Of a stretch of 18,923 nucleotides of DNA, positions 12,942 to 18,923 are shown in pieces. The notes beneath the pieces are model-generated. The model was not told the DNA's origin. It saw only the letters and a program-made list of their open reading frames with translations, and searched no databases. Position 1 is the stretch's first letter. The number at the start of each line of letters is the position of its first letter. A program made the position numbers and the translations under genes. The stretch is from a virus: IMG/VR virus record IMGVR_UViG_3300045988_027174; one strand, given 5' to 3'.

Positions 12942-13295
12942 ATGACTCAGAAAACCGCTAATTATAATCTTGAAAAGTATGACGCAACGGACGCGCCGAA
13001 TCTTCAAGGCCAATACAACCGGTCAATGGATATCCTTGATACGACGTTGAAAACCCAGTCGGATAAAATCGATGCTATCCCGACACCGGAATCCCTACCG
13101 GAGGGATTGAAAGCGTTCACCACCGCCCTCGGATTGAGTTCCGCGAACGCCAGCGCACTCGGTACCGCGCTTAATCATCTCCTCAATCGCGTTCCGGCCA
13201 CTGGTGGCGGAAATTACACTGTCAAAAATCTTACCGATACGAAGGTCACTGCCGAAGGACTGCCGTTCGTGTCCACCACCGCTTCGGGGGACTGA
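12942..13295 (+). CDS. Small fibre-like protein with the shared N-terminal docking motif, 117 aa
   Basis: The SD is AGGAGG. Residues 6-33 (ANYNLEKYDATDAPNLQGQYNRSMDILD) align without gaps to the N-termini of the next two ORFs. Confidence 0.65.
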   Translation: MTQKTANYNLEKYDATDAPNLQGQYNRSMDILDTTLKTQSDKIDAIPTPESLPEGLKAFTTALGLSSANASALGTALNHLLNRVPATGGGNYTVKNLTDTKVTAEGLPFVSTTASGD

Positions 13296-13301
13296 TAGGC
13301 T

Positions 13302-13484
13302 ATGGCAGATAACCCGCAAGCAACCCCCGTTGACGTGGCCGCATATGATGCGACCCGTCATTGGGGGTTGCCCCTCTACAATGACGCAACACCTATGGAT
13401 ATGAGGGATGGATACAATCGTGCTATGCGCATGATCGACCAGATTCTCACTCAATTGCAAACTCAGATTCGAGAAAAGGACTGA
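13302..13484 (+). CDS. 60-aa ORF consisting essentially of the shared docking motif
   Basis: Residues 19-46 (RHWGLPLYNDATPMDMRDGYNRAMRMID) carry the motif. GGGGGA lies upstream. The ORF fits exactly between its neighbours. Confidence 0.5.
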   Translation: MADNPQATPVDVAAYDATRHWGLPLYNDATPMDMRDGYNRAMRMIDQILTQLQTQIREKD

Positions 13485-13488
13485 CCCA

Positions 13489-14934
13489 ATGGCTACAGTG
13501 TACACGAAAACCGACAATTACGGGCTTAACTTGTACGGTGACAATGACCCCGCTGACTTGCGCGATGGATACAACGGCTCCATGCGCACCATTGACGCCA
13601 CGATGGAGACACACCTTAATCGAATCGAAGGCGTGGAAGCACGAGAAACACATGATGAAGCGGTGATGAAGGCACTGCTTGTGGATAACACGGTGGATAA
13701 CGCCACCACCTCGAAATCCAAGTGGGATAAAGCCTCTACGGACGCTATCGAAGCAATGGCTGACGCCGCCGCCGCAACCGGAAAAGCCAACATGAGCACT
13801 ACGATTCTCACCGCATTGGGTGCGGATACCACCGCACATGCCACCGCAAATAAGACTAAGTGGGATAAGGCAAGCATGGACGCCACATCCGCAATCAGCA
13901 AGGCAGACACCGCAGACGGTAAGGCAGACGGCAATACTGCGATTCTCACCGCACTGGGCGCGGACAATGTGGACAGCGCAACCGCCAGGAAAACCCGATG
14001 GGACAATACCTACACTAAGCTGGAATCGGACGGCAAGTATGCGCCCAAACCGGTCGAACAAAATCTGCTTGTAGGTATTGGCGACTCGTACTTCGAGGGA
14101 TTCCGCACCGACAATCCGGCCACGGACAGTATGATTGTCAAGGCGGCAGGACTCTTGGGGTTGGAATGCCGCAATTATGCTGTTGGCGGTTCTGGTTATA
14201 CGATTGGCGGCACGAAAGGCAAAACATTTAAACAGCAGATTCAGCAAGCGTCAGCGGAACTCGGCGCGGGCAAGGATGCTGTGAAATATGTGGTGATCGG
14301 CGGTGGCCGCAACGATTCCGTATCCGCCGTGACCGAATCTATCGTCTATGACACGCTCACCACTGCGAAAACCCTCTTCCCTGATGCTGAAATTGTACAG
14401 ATTCCGATGATGTGGGATAATTCGTGGCCGAGCTACGACCAAGCCCAGAAGTATGGGGTTATGACCGAAGGCGGACGTCACGCAGCTGTGAAGGTCGTGT
14501 ATGATGCACCAAGCTGGGGCTTGTTTTGGGGTTCCGGCATGACTGACATTCATCCCAATACGCAAGGTTCGGAAACGTACGCCCAGTATCTTGCGCTCGG
14601 CATTAAAACCGGACGCGCGAAACGAATCGAACGTTACACGAACACCACGTTATCCGGTGTTACAGACGGTTCATTAGGGGTGTTCATTGACGGTTTGAAC
14701 GTGCATTTCCAATTCCGTGGAAACAAAACTGCTTGGAATACAGCCGCGTTCGCAACGATAAACACAACCAGTCGATTCGGTACGTGGATTCCGTTGTTCG
14801 CGGTCAAGGAATCCAACGAGGGGTATGTAAAAATCAAGTTCGACGGCCAATCATTCAGCATCATCGACATGCTACAGGGTAACGGTGGTGCGGGCTATCT
14901 TGATTTTGATTTCTCCATGAGCTGCTTCCACTAA
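13489..14934 (+). CDS. Tail fibre / appendage protein with an SGNH (GDSL-type) esterase domain, 481 aa
   Basis: The N-terminus carries the docking motif DNYGLNLYGDNDPADLRDGYNGSMRTID. A 46-47-aa unit (K-KWDKAS...ILTALGAD) is repeated about 2.3 times. The SGNH blocks are VGIGDSYFEG (I), YAVGGSGYT (II), VIGGGRNDS (III) and TDIHPN (V). Confidence 0.8.
   Translation: MATVYTKTDNYGLNLYGDNDPADLRDGYNGSMRTIDATMETHLNRIEGVEARETHDEAVMKALLVDNTVDNATTSKSKWDKASTDAIEAMADAAAATGKANMSTTILTALGADTTAHATANKTKWDKASMDATSAISKADTADGKADGNTAILTALGADNVDSATARKTRWDNTYTKLESDGKYAPKPVEQNLLVGIGDSYFEGFRTDNPATDSMIVKAAGLLGLECRNYAVGGSGYTIGGTKGKTFKQQIQQASAELGAGKDAVKYVVIGGGRNDSVSAVTESIVYDTLTTAKTLFPDAEIVQIPMMWDNSWPSYDQAQKYGVMTEGGRHAAVKVVYDAPSWGLFWGSGMTDIHPNTQGSETYAQYLALGIKTGRAKRIERYTNTTLSGVTDGSLGVFIDGLNVHFQFRGNKTAWNTAAFATINTTSRFGTWIPLFAVKESNEGYVKIKFDGQSFSIIDMLQGNGGAGYLDFDFSMSCFH
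13702..14019 (+). repeat. In-frame tandem repeat (about 138-141 nt, roughly 2.3 copies) inside the fibre gene
   Basis: Protein repeat 1 is ATTSKSKWDKASTDAIEAMADAAAATGKANMSTTILTALGADTTAHA. Repeat 2 is TANKTKWDKASMDATSAISKADTADGKADGNTAILTALGADNVDSA, followed by a partial TARKTRWDNTYTK. At the DNA level, attctcaccgca is seen near 13803 and again near 13944. Confidence 0.8.
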
Positions 14935-14940
14935 ATCAGA

Positions 14941-14979
14941 TAATAGCCATATCCCTTATAATAGGGGATATGGCTATTA
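14941..14979 (+). promoter_or_regulatory. 15-16-bp hairpin that sequesters the SD and ATG of the tail lysin gene
   Basis: taatagccatatccc (14941-14955) pairs with gggatatggctatta (14965-14979). The loop contains tataat. The SD AGGGGA (14963-14968) and the ATG (14970-14972) lie in the 3' arm. The downstream tract tactttctctc is only weakly U-rich. Confidence 0.6.
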
Positions 14980-16181
14980 CTTTCTCTCAATGGATTGATC
15001 AGACGAAAAACCGGTACTGGGATATGGACGGGGCGTATGGGGCGCAATGCTGGGACTTGTGGGCAAAATATTCCATGGACATGTACGGCATGAGTATTCA
15101 GGATTGTATTACCCCAACCGGATATGCGGGCGGACTATACACGTCATATCCGGTATCCGCGCGGTGCGAACAAGTATACGAACGTATCCCTGTAGACGGG
15201 TACTCGCCGGTGGCGGGGGATGTGGCAATATGGGGATACGGCACGTACACTCCCTACACGCATGTGGCGATAGTCGCCGGTGACGGGGTAAAAGACGGCA
15301 GAGTCTACGTGATCACCCAGAATCCGGACGCAAGCGCACTCAAATGGTTCCCCGTTGACGGGCTATTAGGTTATTTGCATCCCCGTGCCATGCCTAAGCC
15401 GGATGTGGACAATCCGACCGGCGATAACAATCAGGGGCACACCGACACCGCGCGCGGCGGAGCATGGATACATTGGCAGGGAGACAATTTGTATTTACAT
15501 GAAACCGATAACAGCGGTGCGCGAATACGTATTTTCTACAAAACCACTGCTAACAATTTTTCCGAAAAAGCGTCACAAGGGCAACCGTCCGACGATAATG
15601 GACAGGCGCACCCATCAACCTCAGTATCACCGGAAAACTCTTACGCTCTCTACGTGGTCGGCACCGTGGAATCAAGTCTACGGTGGGATGCAGTGGAAGC
15701 CGCCAATCTACAGGGCATTGGCATAGCGCAGTGGAGTTTCGGTAGACGTTTGCAAGTGCTCAATAAAATGCGCGAAGCCGACCCGACTGGCTATACCGCA
15801 TTCAAAAGTGCGGCTCCTGAGATTGCGGGACTCATGGAATTGGGAGGTGATTTTACTCGACCGCTCACCTCGACGGAGGCGACGGCATTCCAAGCGTGGG
15901 CGGCACGTAGCGAGTCGCATGAGGGACAACGCAAGCAGTTTGCCGAGGATTACGTGGCGTACCCGCAGGAGTACGATGATGATAAAATGCAGATCTTGTG
16001 GGTGACCGCATACCACCAGTCACCAGCAAACGCCCTGAAGGTGCCGAAAGCATCGAATCTCGCGCAACTCAAAGACAATATTCTTGCCACGTATCCATTC
16101 CAACCATACGTAAGCCGATATAATCAAGCATATTCCCTGTTGTCTGTGTGGGATGGTAAATCGAATCCACCCGCATTCTAA
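14970..16181 (+). CDS. Tail-associated peptidoglycan hydrolase with an N-terminal CHAP domain and a C-terminal lysozyme-like domain, 403 aa (phi29 gp13 position)
   Basis: The CHAP signature is DMDGAYGAQCWDLW (Cys) ... GDVAIW ... HVAIV (His) ... QNP. The C-terminal GTVESS...GIGIAQWSFGRR resembles phage tail lysozyme or transglycosylase motifs. The gene sits after the fibre genes. Confidence 0.8.
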   Translation: MAITFSQWIDQTKNRYWDMDGAYGAQCWDLWAKYSMDMYGMSIQDCITPTGYAGGLYTSYPVSARCEQVYERIPVDGYSPVAGDVAIWGYGTYTPYTHVAIVAGDGVKDGRVYVITQNPDASALKWFPVDGLLGYLHPRAMPKPDVDNPTGDNNQGHTDTARGGAWIHWQGDNLYLHETDNSGARIRIFYKTTANNFSEKASQGQPSDDNGQAHPSTSVSPENSYALYVVGTVESSLRWDAVEAANLQGIGIAQWSFGRRLQVLNKMREADPTGYTAFKSAAPEIAGLMELGGDFTRPLTSTEATAFQAWAARSESHEGQRKQFAEDYVAYPQEYDDDKMQILWVTAYHQSPANALKVPKASNLAQLKDNILATYPFQPYVSRYNQAYSLLSVWDGKSNPPAF

Positions 16182-16185
16182 AGTG

Positions 16186-16194
16186 TGATATAAT
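16186..16194 (+). promoter_or_regulatory. Extended -10 promoter (TGaTATAAT)
   Basis: tgatataat at 16186-16194 lies 5 nt after the tail lysin stop codon. It has the same GTGATATAAT flavour as the promoter at 6117. Confidence 0.5.
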
Positions 16195-16243
16195 AAATGT
16201 TGTCGGCATGTGATAACTTCCCTTGAGTCGACCGTAACTAATA

Positions 16244-16290
16244 GGGGAGCGTAACGGTGGTCATGACGTTACGCTCCCCATTATTCTTTA
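16244..16290 (+). terminator. Strong intrinsic terminator between the promoter at 16186 and the ATPase gene
   Basis: A 13-bp stem pairs ggggagcgtaacg (16244-16256) with cgttacgctcccc (16267-16279) around a 10-nt loop. It is followed by attattcttt. Confidence 0.75.
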
Positions 16291-16304
16291 GGAAGTGAGC
16301 AAGC

Positions 16305-17372
16305 ATGGCGTTGCAAACATTGGGCGAAGACGACTACTACGATCTGCATAATCTGCTCACCCGTAACGCTCCGTGGAATTTCATTATCGGCGCACGTGGA
16401 TTAGGCAAGACGTTTGCAGCAAAAAGGTATGGCATCAAAGAGTATATTAAGCACGGCTACGAGTTTATTTACTTGCGCCGCACTGACGTAGAACAGCACC
16501 GGAAGGAAACGTTTTTCAAAGACATTCAAGAATTTTTCCCCTCCTACGAGTTTCGCGTGAACGGCGAAAAAGGGCAGATTCATAAAACGTCATGGGAAGA
16601 AAAAGATTGGCGCACATGCTGCTACTTCGTCGCACTCTCACAAGCTGGCGGACTGAAGTCAGTAGCCTACCCTAAAGTACACTTGATTATTTTCGATGAA
16701 ATCTTCCCCGATAACCTTAGATTTTTAAGTAACGAAGTAAACTCGTTTTCTGAATTTTATAATACCGTGGATAGGTGGCAGGATAGGACAAAAGTACTGT
16801 TTCTATCCAACGCAGTGCAAAAAGCGAACCCCTACTTTGCAAAATACCGGCTTGACATTGGCGCACAGCAAGCGAACCAACAACAATACAAATTATACTG
16901 CAGTGGCTTCGTGTGTCTAGAACTGGCGGACTATGGCGGTTTCTCCGCGAAAGTCGCGCAATCAAAGTTCGGCAGATTCTTGGAACAATACGACGGCGAC
17001 TACGCCGACTACGCGATTCGTAATAAATTCCGAGATGAGTCTGACACTTTACTGGCTCCAATTCCCAGCGATGGAGAGCTGTCCTACATTTTGGACACCA
17101 CCGACTACGCGCGTTTCGGCATATGGATATCCGTGTCCGAACGCGACGGGCATGTTTCACAATATGTTTCACGACGTATCCCCAAAGACAATACTCGCCC
17201 CGTCTACACATTCGACCCCAATCACGTTGACGAAAAAACATGGTACGTCAAAAAATCTGACGATATCATACGAAGACTCACCACAGGCTATCGACTAGGT
17301 AAAATCAGATTCGACGATTCACAAGTCAAGGCCGATTTCGGCCTGATCATCGGAGAATTACTAGGAAAATAG
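16305..17372 (+). CDS. DNA packaging (encapsidation) ATPase, phi29 gp16-like, 355 aa
   Basis: Walker A is IIGARGLGKT and Walker B is HLIIFDE. NFIIGARGLGKTFAAKRYGIKEYIKHGYEFIYLRR parallels phi29 gp16 NFVIGARGIGKSYAMKVYPINRFIKYGEQFIYVRR as I recall it. Confidence 0.9.
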   Translation: MALQTLGEDDYYDLHNLLTRNAPWNFIIGARGLGKTFAAKRYGIKEYIKHGYEFIYLRRTDVEQHRKETFFKDIQEFFPSYEFRVNGEKGQIHKTSWEEKDWRTCCYFVALSQAGGLKSVAYPKVHLIIFDEIFPDNLRFLSNEVNSFSEFYNTVDRWQDRTKVLFLSNAVQKANPYFAKYRLDIGAQQANQQQYKLYCSGFVCLELADYGGFSAKVAQSKFGRFLEQYDGDYADYAIRNKFRDESDTLLAPIPSDGELSYILDTTDYARFGIWISVSERDGHVSQYVSRRIPKDNTRPVYTFDPNHVDEKTWYVKKSDDIIRRLTTGYRLGKIRFDDSQVKADFGLIIGELLGK

Positions 17373-17384
17373 AAAGGATAATCA

Positions 17385-17756
17385 ATGACAATGACAGCAA
17401 CGGATGTATGGTGTGTGTTCGCGGTAGTTTTTTTTATCATTGTGGACTACGTTACCGGCATTGCAAAAGCCATACTCAATGACACGCTCAGCTCACAGAA
17501 AATGCGGCAAGGCCTATGGCACAAGTTCGCCTACCTCATGCTCACCTTGGTAGCCTACTTCGTGGACATGATTAACTTACACATAGATCTCGGTTTGCCG
17601 GTCAGCGTGTTCGTATGCACGGTCGGCGGTATTAGTCTCATTGAGCTTACGTCAATTTTAGAAAACATCACCGCCATCAACCCCGAACTAGCGGACGCGC
17701 CATTCATAAGCGTGTTCGCAAACGCCAACACCCACAAGCACAAGAAGGAAAACTAA
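17385..17756 (+). CDS. Holin, 123 aa
   Basis: Three hydrophobic helices are present. The DYVTGIAKA... and LIELTSILEN motifs are typical of the phage_holin_4 / TcdE-like family. The C-terminal tail is charged (HKHKKEN). The gene lies immediately upstream of the endolysin. Confidence 0.8.
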   Translation: MTMTATDVWCVFAVVFFIIVDYVTGIAKAILNDTLSSQKMRQGLWHKFAYLMLTLVAYFVDMINLHIDLGLPVSVFVCTVGGISLIELTSILENITAINPELADAPFISVFANANTHKHKKEN

Positions 17757-17757
17757 A

Positions 17758-18429
17758 ATGAATATACAAGAATGGATGAACTCAGTAAACGGACAAGTTA
17801 TCGACATGGACGGCGCATACGGCGGACAATGCTGGGACCTATGGAGTAGCTACGCACGAAACGTCTACAGCATTCCAGCCGCCGACACCAACACTGTAGA
17901 CGGATACGCCGCAAGCGTCTATTCCGCACGGTATGATCGCTCCCAAGCATTGCAAAACACATTCAGCCGAGAGAGCGCCAACTATACGCCAACCTACGGG
18001 GACGTGGCGTTTTGGAACGGCGCGGGCATGAATCACGTCGCCATTGTAATTCGAGACAATGGTAACGGGACTCTTAACACTATGTCGCAGAATCCGACCA
18101 GGGCAGGATATGTGACCATCACCAAAAACGGTATTATCGGATACTTCCACCCACGCACGGCAAACACGGCAACACCAGCAAACAACAATGTGACCATCAT
18201 TCCACGCACCTACAAGGTCAACGTGGACACGCTTAACGTACGTTCTGCACCTTCGACCTCAGCACAAGTCGTAGCCCAATACCATTACGGTCAAACCGTC
18301 GACCTCGCAGAAGGTGGCACGATCGCAGACGGATACATTTGGGCACACTACACAGGCGGCTCAGGAGCAACACGATACGTAGCCTTATCTCCAGCCGACA
18401 AATCAACATGGTACCTCGTATTCGCCTAA
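17758..18429 (+). CDS. Endolysin with an N-terminal CHAP domain and a C-terminal SH3b cell-wall-binding domain, 223 aa
   Basis: The CHAP signature is DMDGAYGGQCWDLW ... GDVAFW ... HVAIV ... QNP. The C-terminal YKVNVDTLNVRSAPSTSAQVVAQYHYGQTVDL...DGYIWAHY is SH3-like. The gene follows the holin by 1 nt. Confidence 0.88.
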   Translation: MNIQEWMNSVNGQVIDMDGAYGGQCWDLWSSYARNVYSIPAADTNTVDGYAASVYSARYDRSQALQNTFSRESANYTPTYGDVAFWNGAGMNHVAIVIRDNGNGTLNTMSQNPTRAGYVTITKNGIIGYFHPRTANTATPANNNVTIIPRTYKVNVDTLNVRSAPSTSAQVVAQYHYGQTVDLAEGGTIADGYIWAHYTGGSGATRYVALSPADKSTWYLVFA

Positions 18430-18440
18430 ATTAACAGCAT

Positions 18441-18475
18441 AAGAAAAGCCCCTAGGTTACTCACCTAGGGGCTTT
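18441..18475. terminator. Bidirectional terminator hairpin at the inner edge of the right ITR
   Basis: This is the same hairpin as 449-483. On the + strand it lies 12 nt after the endolysin stop and is followed by ttactatt. On the - strand it follows the right copy of the ITR gene with a ttttctt tract. Confidence 0.65.
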
Positions 18476-18486
18476 ACTATTACCTA

Positions 18487-18687
18487 TCACACCTCCTCAA
18501 ACGCTCCCACAAAATCATCACTCGGAAACGAATCACAATCCTGATAACCCTCGATAGTCATATTATTAACCACCGCCACATGATGCAGATTCTCAACAAT
18601 CACATCAATGTTGAAATCATTGAGATCCTGACCGCTGTTCAGGATGTAATCTTCAGCGTAATCCTTGATGATGCTGTTGTTAATCAT
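18487..18687 (-). CDS. ITR-encoded 66-aa hyper-acidic protein (copy 2)
   Basis: The translation is identical to 237-437, with the same SD, promoter and terminator, mirrored. Confidence 0.6.
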   Translation of the reverse strand: MINNSIIKDYAEDYILNSGQDLNDFNIDVIVENLHHVAVVNNMTIEGYQDCDSFPSDDFVGAFEEV

Positions 18688-18722
18688 TTTATTTTTTCCT
18701 TTCCCTTGAAGTTGATACTCAC

Positions 18723-18731
18723 ATCATAACA
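18723..18731 (-). promoter_or_regulatory. Extended -10 promoter (TGtTATGAT) for the right ITR gene copy
   Basis: Mirror image of 193-201. Confidence 0.45.
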
Positions 18732-18783
18732 CAAAAAAACACGACACGCCCGAAAACAAACGACACGCCCGAAATAAAAAAAG

Positions 18784-18812
18784 TTGACAAGCAAGAGTAA
18801 AAAAAATATAAT
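18784..18812 (+). promoter_or_regulatory. Outward-facing consensus promoter in the right ITR (TTGACA-N17-TATAAT)
   Basis: ttgaca at 18784-18789, a 17-nt spacer, and tataat at 18807-18812. It points toward the right terminus and mirrors 112-140. Confidence 0.5.
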
Positions 18813-18923
18813 AGAAGCATAAACAAAACAAAGCGACAACGACGTCACAGAACAAAAAAAAATAATACACAAATAAAAAAAACCACAAGGGAAAATCTTC
18901 ACACAAACCCACACCCCTCCCAC

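Larger units (their letters stand above)
18441..18923. repeat. Right inverted terminal repeat (ITR), 483 bp
   Basis: Reverse complement of 1-483. The sequence ends ...cccacacccctcccac, which mirrors the gtgggaggggtgtggg... at position 1. Confidence 0.95.

Noticed and set aside
13293-13304. Possible stop-codon read-through or fusion between ORF 12942-13295 and ORF 13302-13484, which are in the same frame
   Set aside because: Two consecutive stop codons (TGA TAG) separate them, and the second ORF has its own ATG. Read-through is unlikely.
17385-17393. Dual-start (holin/antiholin) motif MTM at the holin N-terminus
   Set aside because: The two Met codons are separated only by Thr. The longer form gains no extra charge, unlike the lambda S107/S105 pair. 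Only the first ATG has a well-spaced SD.
1-18923. Whether this is a prophage, transposon or circularly permuted assembly rather than a linear genome
   Set aside because: The terminal repeats are inverted, not direct. A terminal protein and a protein-primed polymerase are encoded. No integrase, recombinase, att-like direct repeats or host genes are present. The gene set is a complete phi29-type complement.

Overview
The window looks like a complete 18.9-kb linear genome of a phi29-like podophage that replicates by protein priming and infects a Gram-positive host. It is bounded by exact 483-bp inverted terminal repeats (1-483 and 18441-18923). All convincing genes are on the + strand except the right-hand copy of a small gene duplicated inside the ITRs.

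Gene order, left to right:
- ITR cassette encoding a 66-aa hyper-acidic protein.
- A block of about eight tiny early ORFans (562-2595), tightly packed or overlapping.
- A replication module colinear with phi29 genes 6-5-3-2: p6-like DNA-binding protein, p5-like SSB, terminal protein, family-B DNA polymerase.
- A roughly 230-bp non-coding gap bracketed by a promoter and a terminator, which is a candidate for a roughly 165-nt structured RNA.
- A late module colinear with phi29 genes 7-13: acidic scaffold, HK97-type major capsid protein with Ig-like C-terminus, tail knob, portal/connector, lower collar, four fibre/appendage ORFs including an SGNH esterase, and a CHAP plus lysozyme-like tail lysin.
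- gp16-like packaging ATPase, holin, and a CHAP-SH3 endolysin.

I saw no tRNA, rRNA, CRISPR array, integrase or transposase.

Most interesting points:
- The long ITRs carry a full duplicated expression cassette plus a perfect consensus promoter that fires outward toward each genome end.
- A repeated operator-like module sits at three early promoters.
- Two promoter-to-terminator non-coding units exist; the one at 5940-6105 is a candidate packaging-RNA analogue.
- The polymerase is unusually small and appears to lack the ExoI Asp-x-Glu motif; it has NTD instead of DTD in motif C.
- Three consecutive fibre ORFs share one N-terminal docking motif.

All protein-family calls come from motif recognition and from my recollection of phi29 proteins. 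No database search was run.
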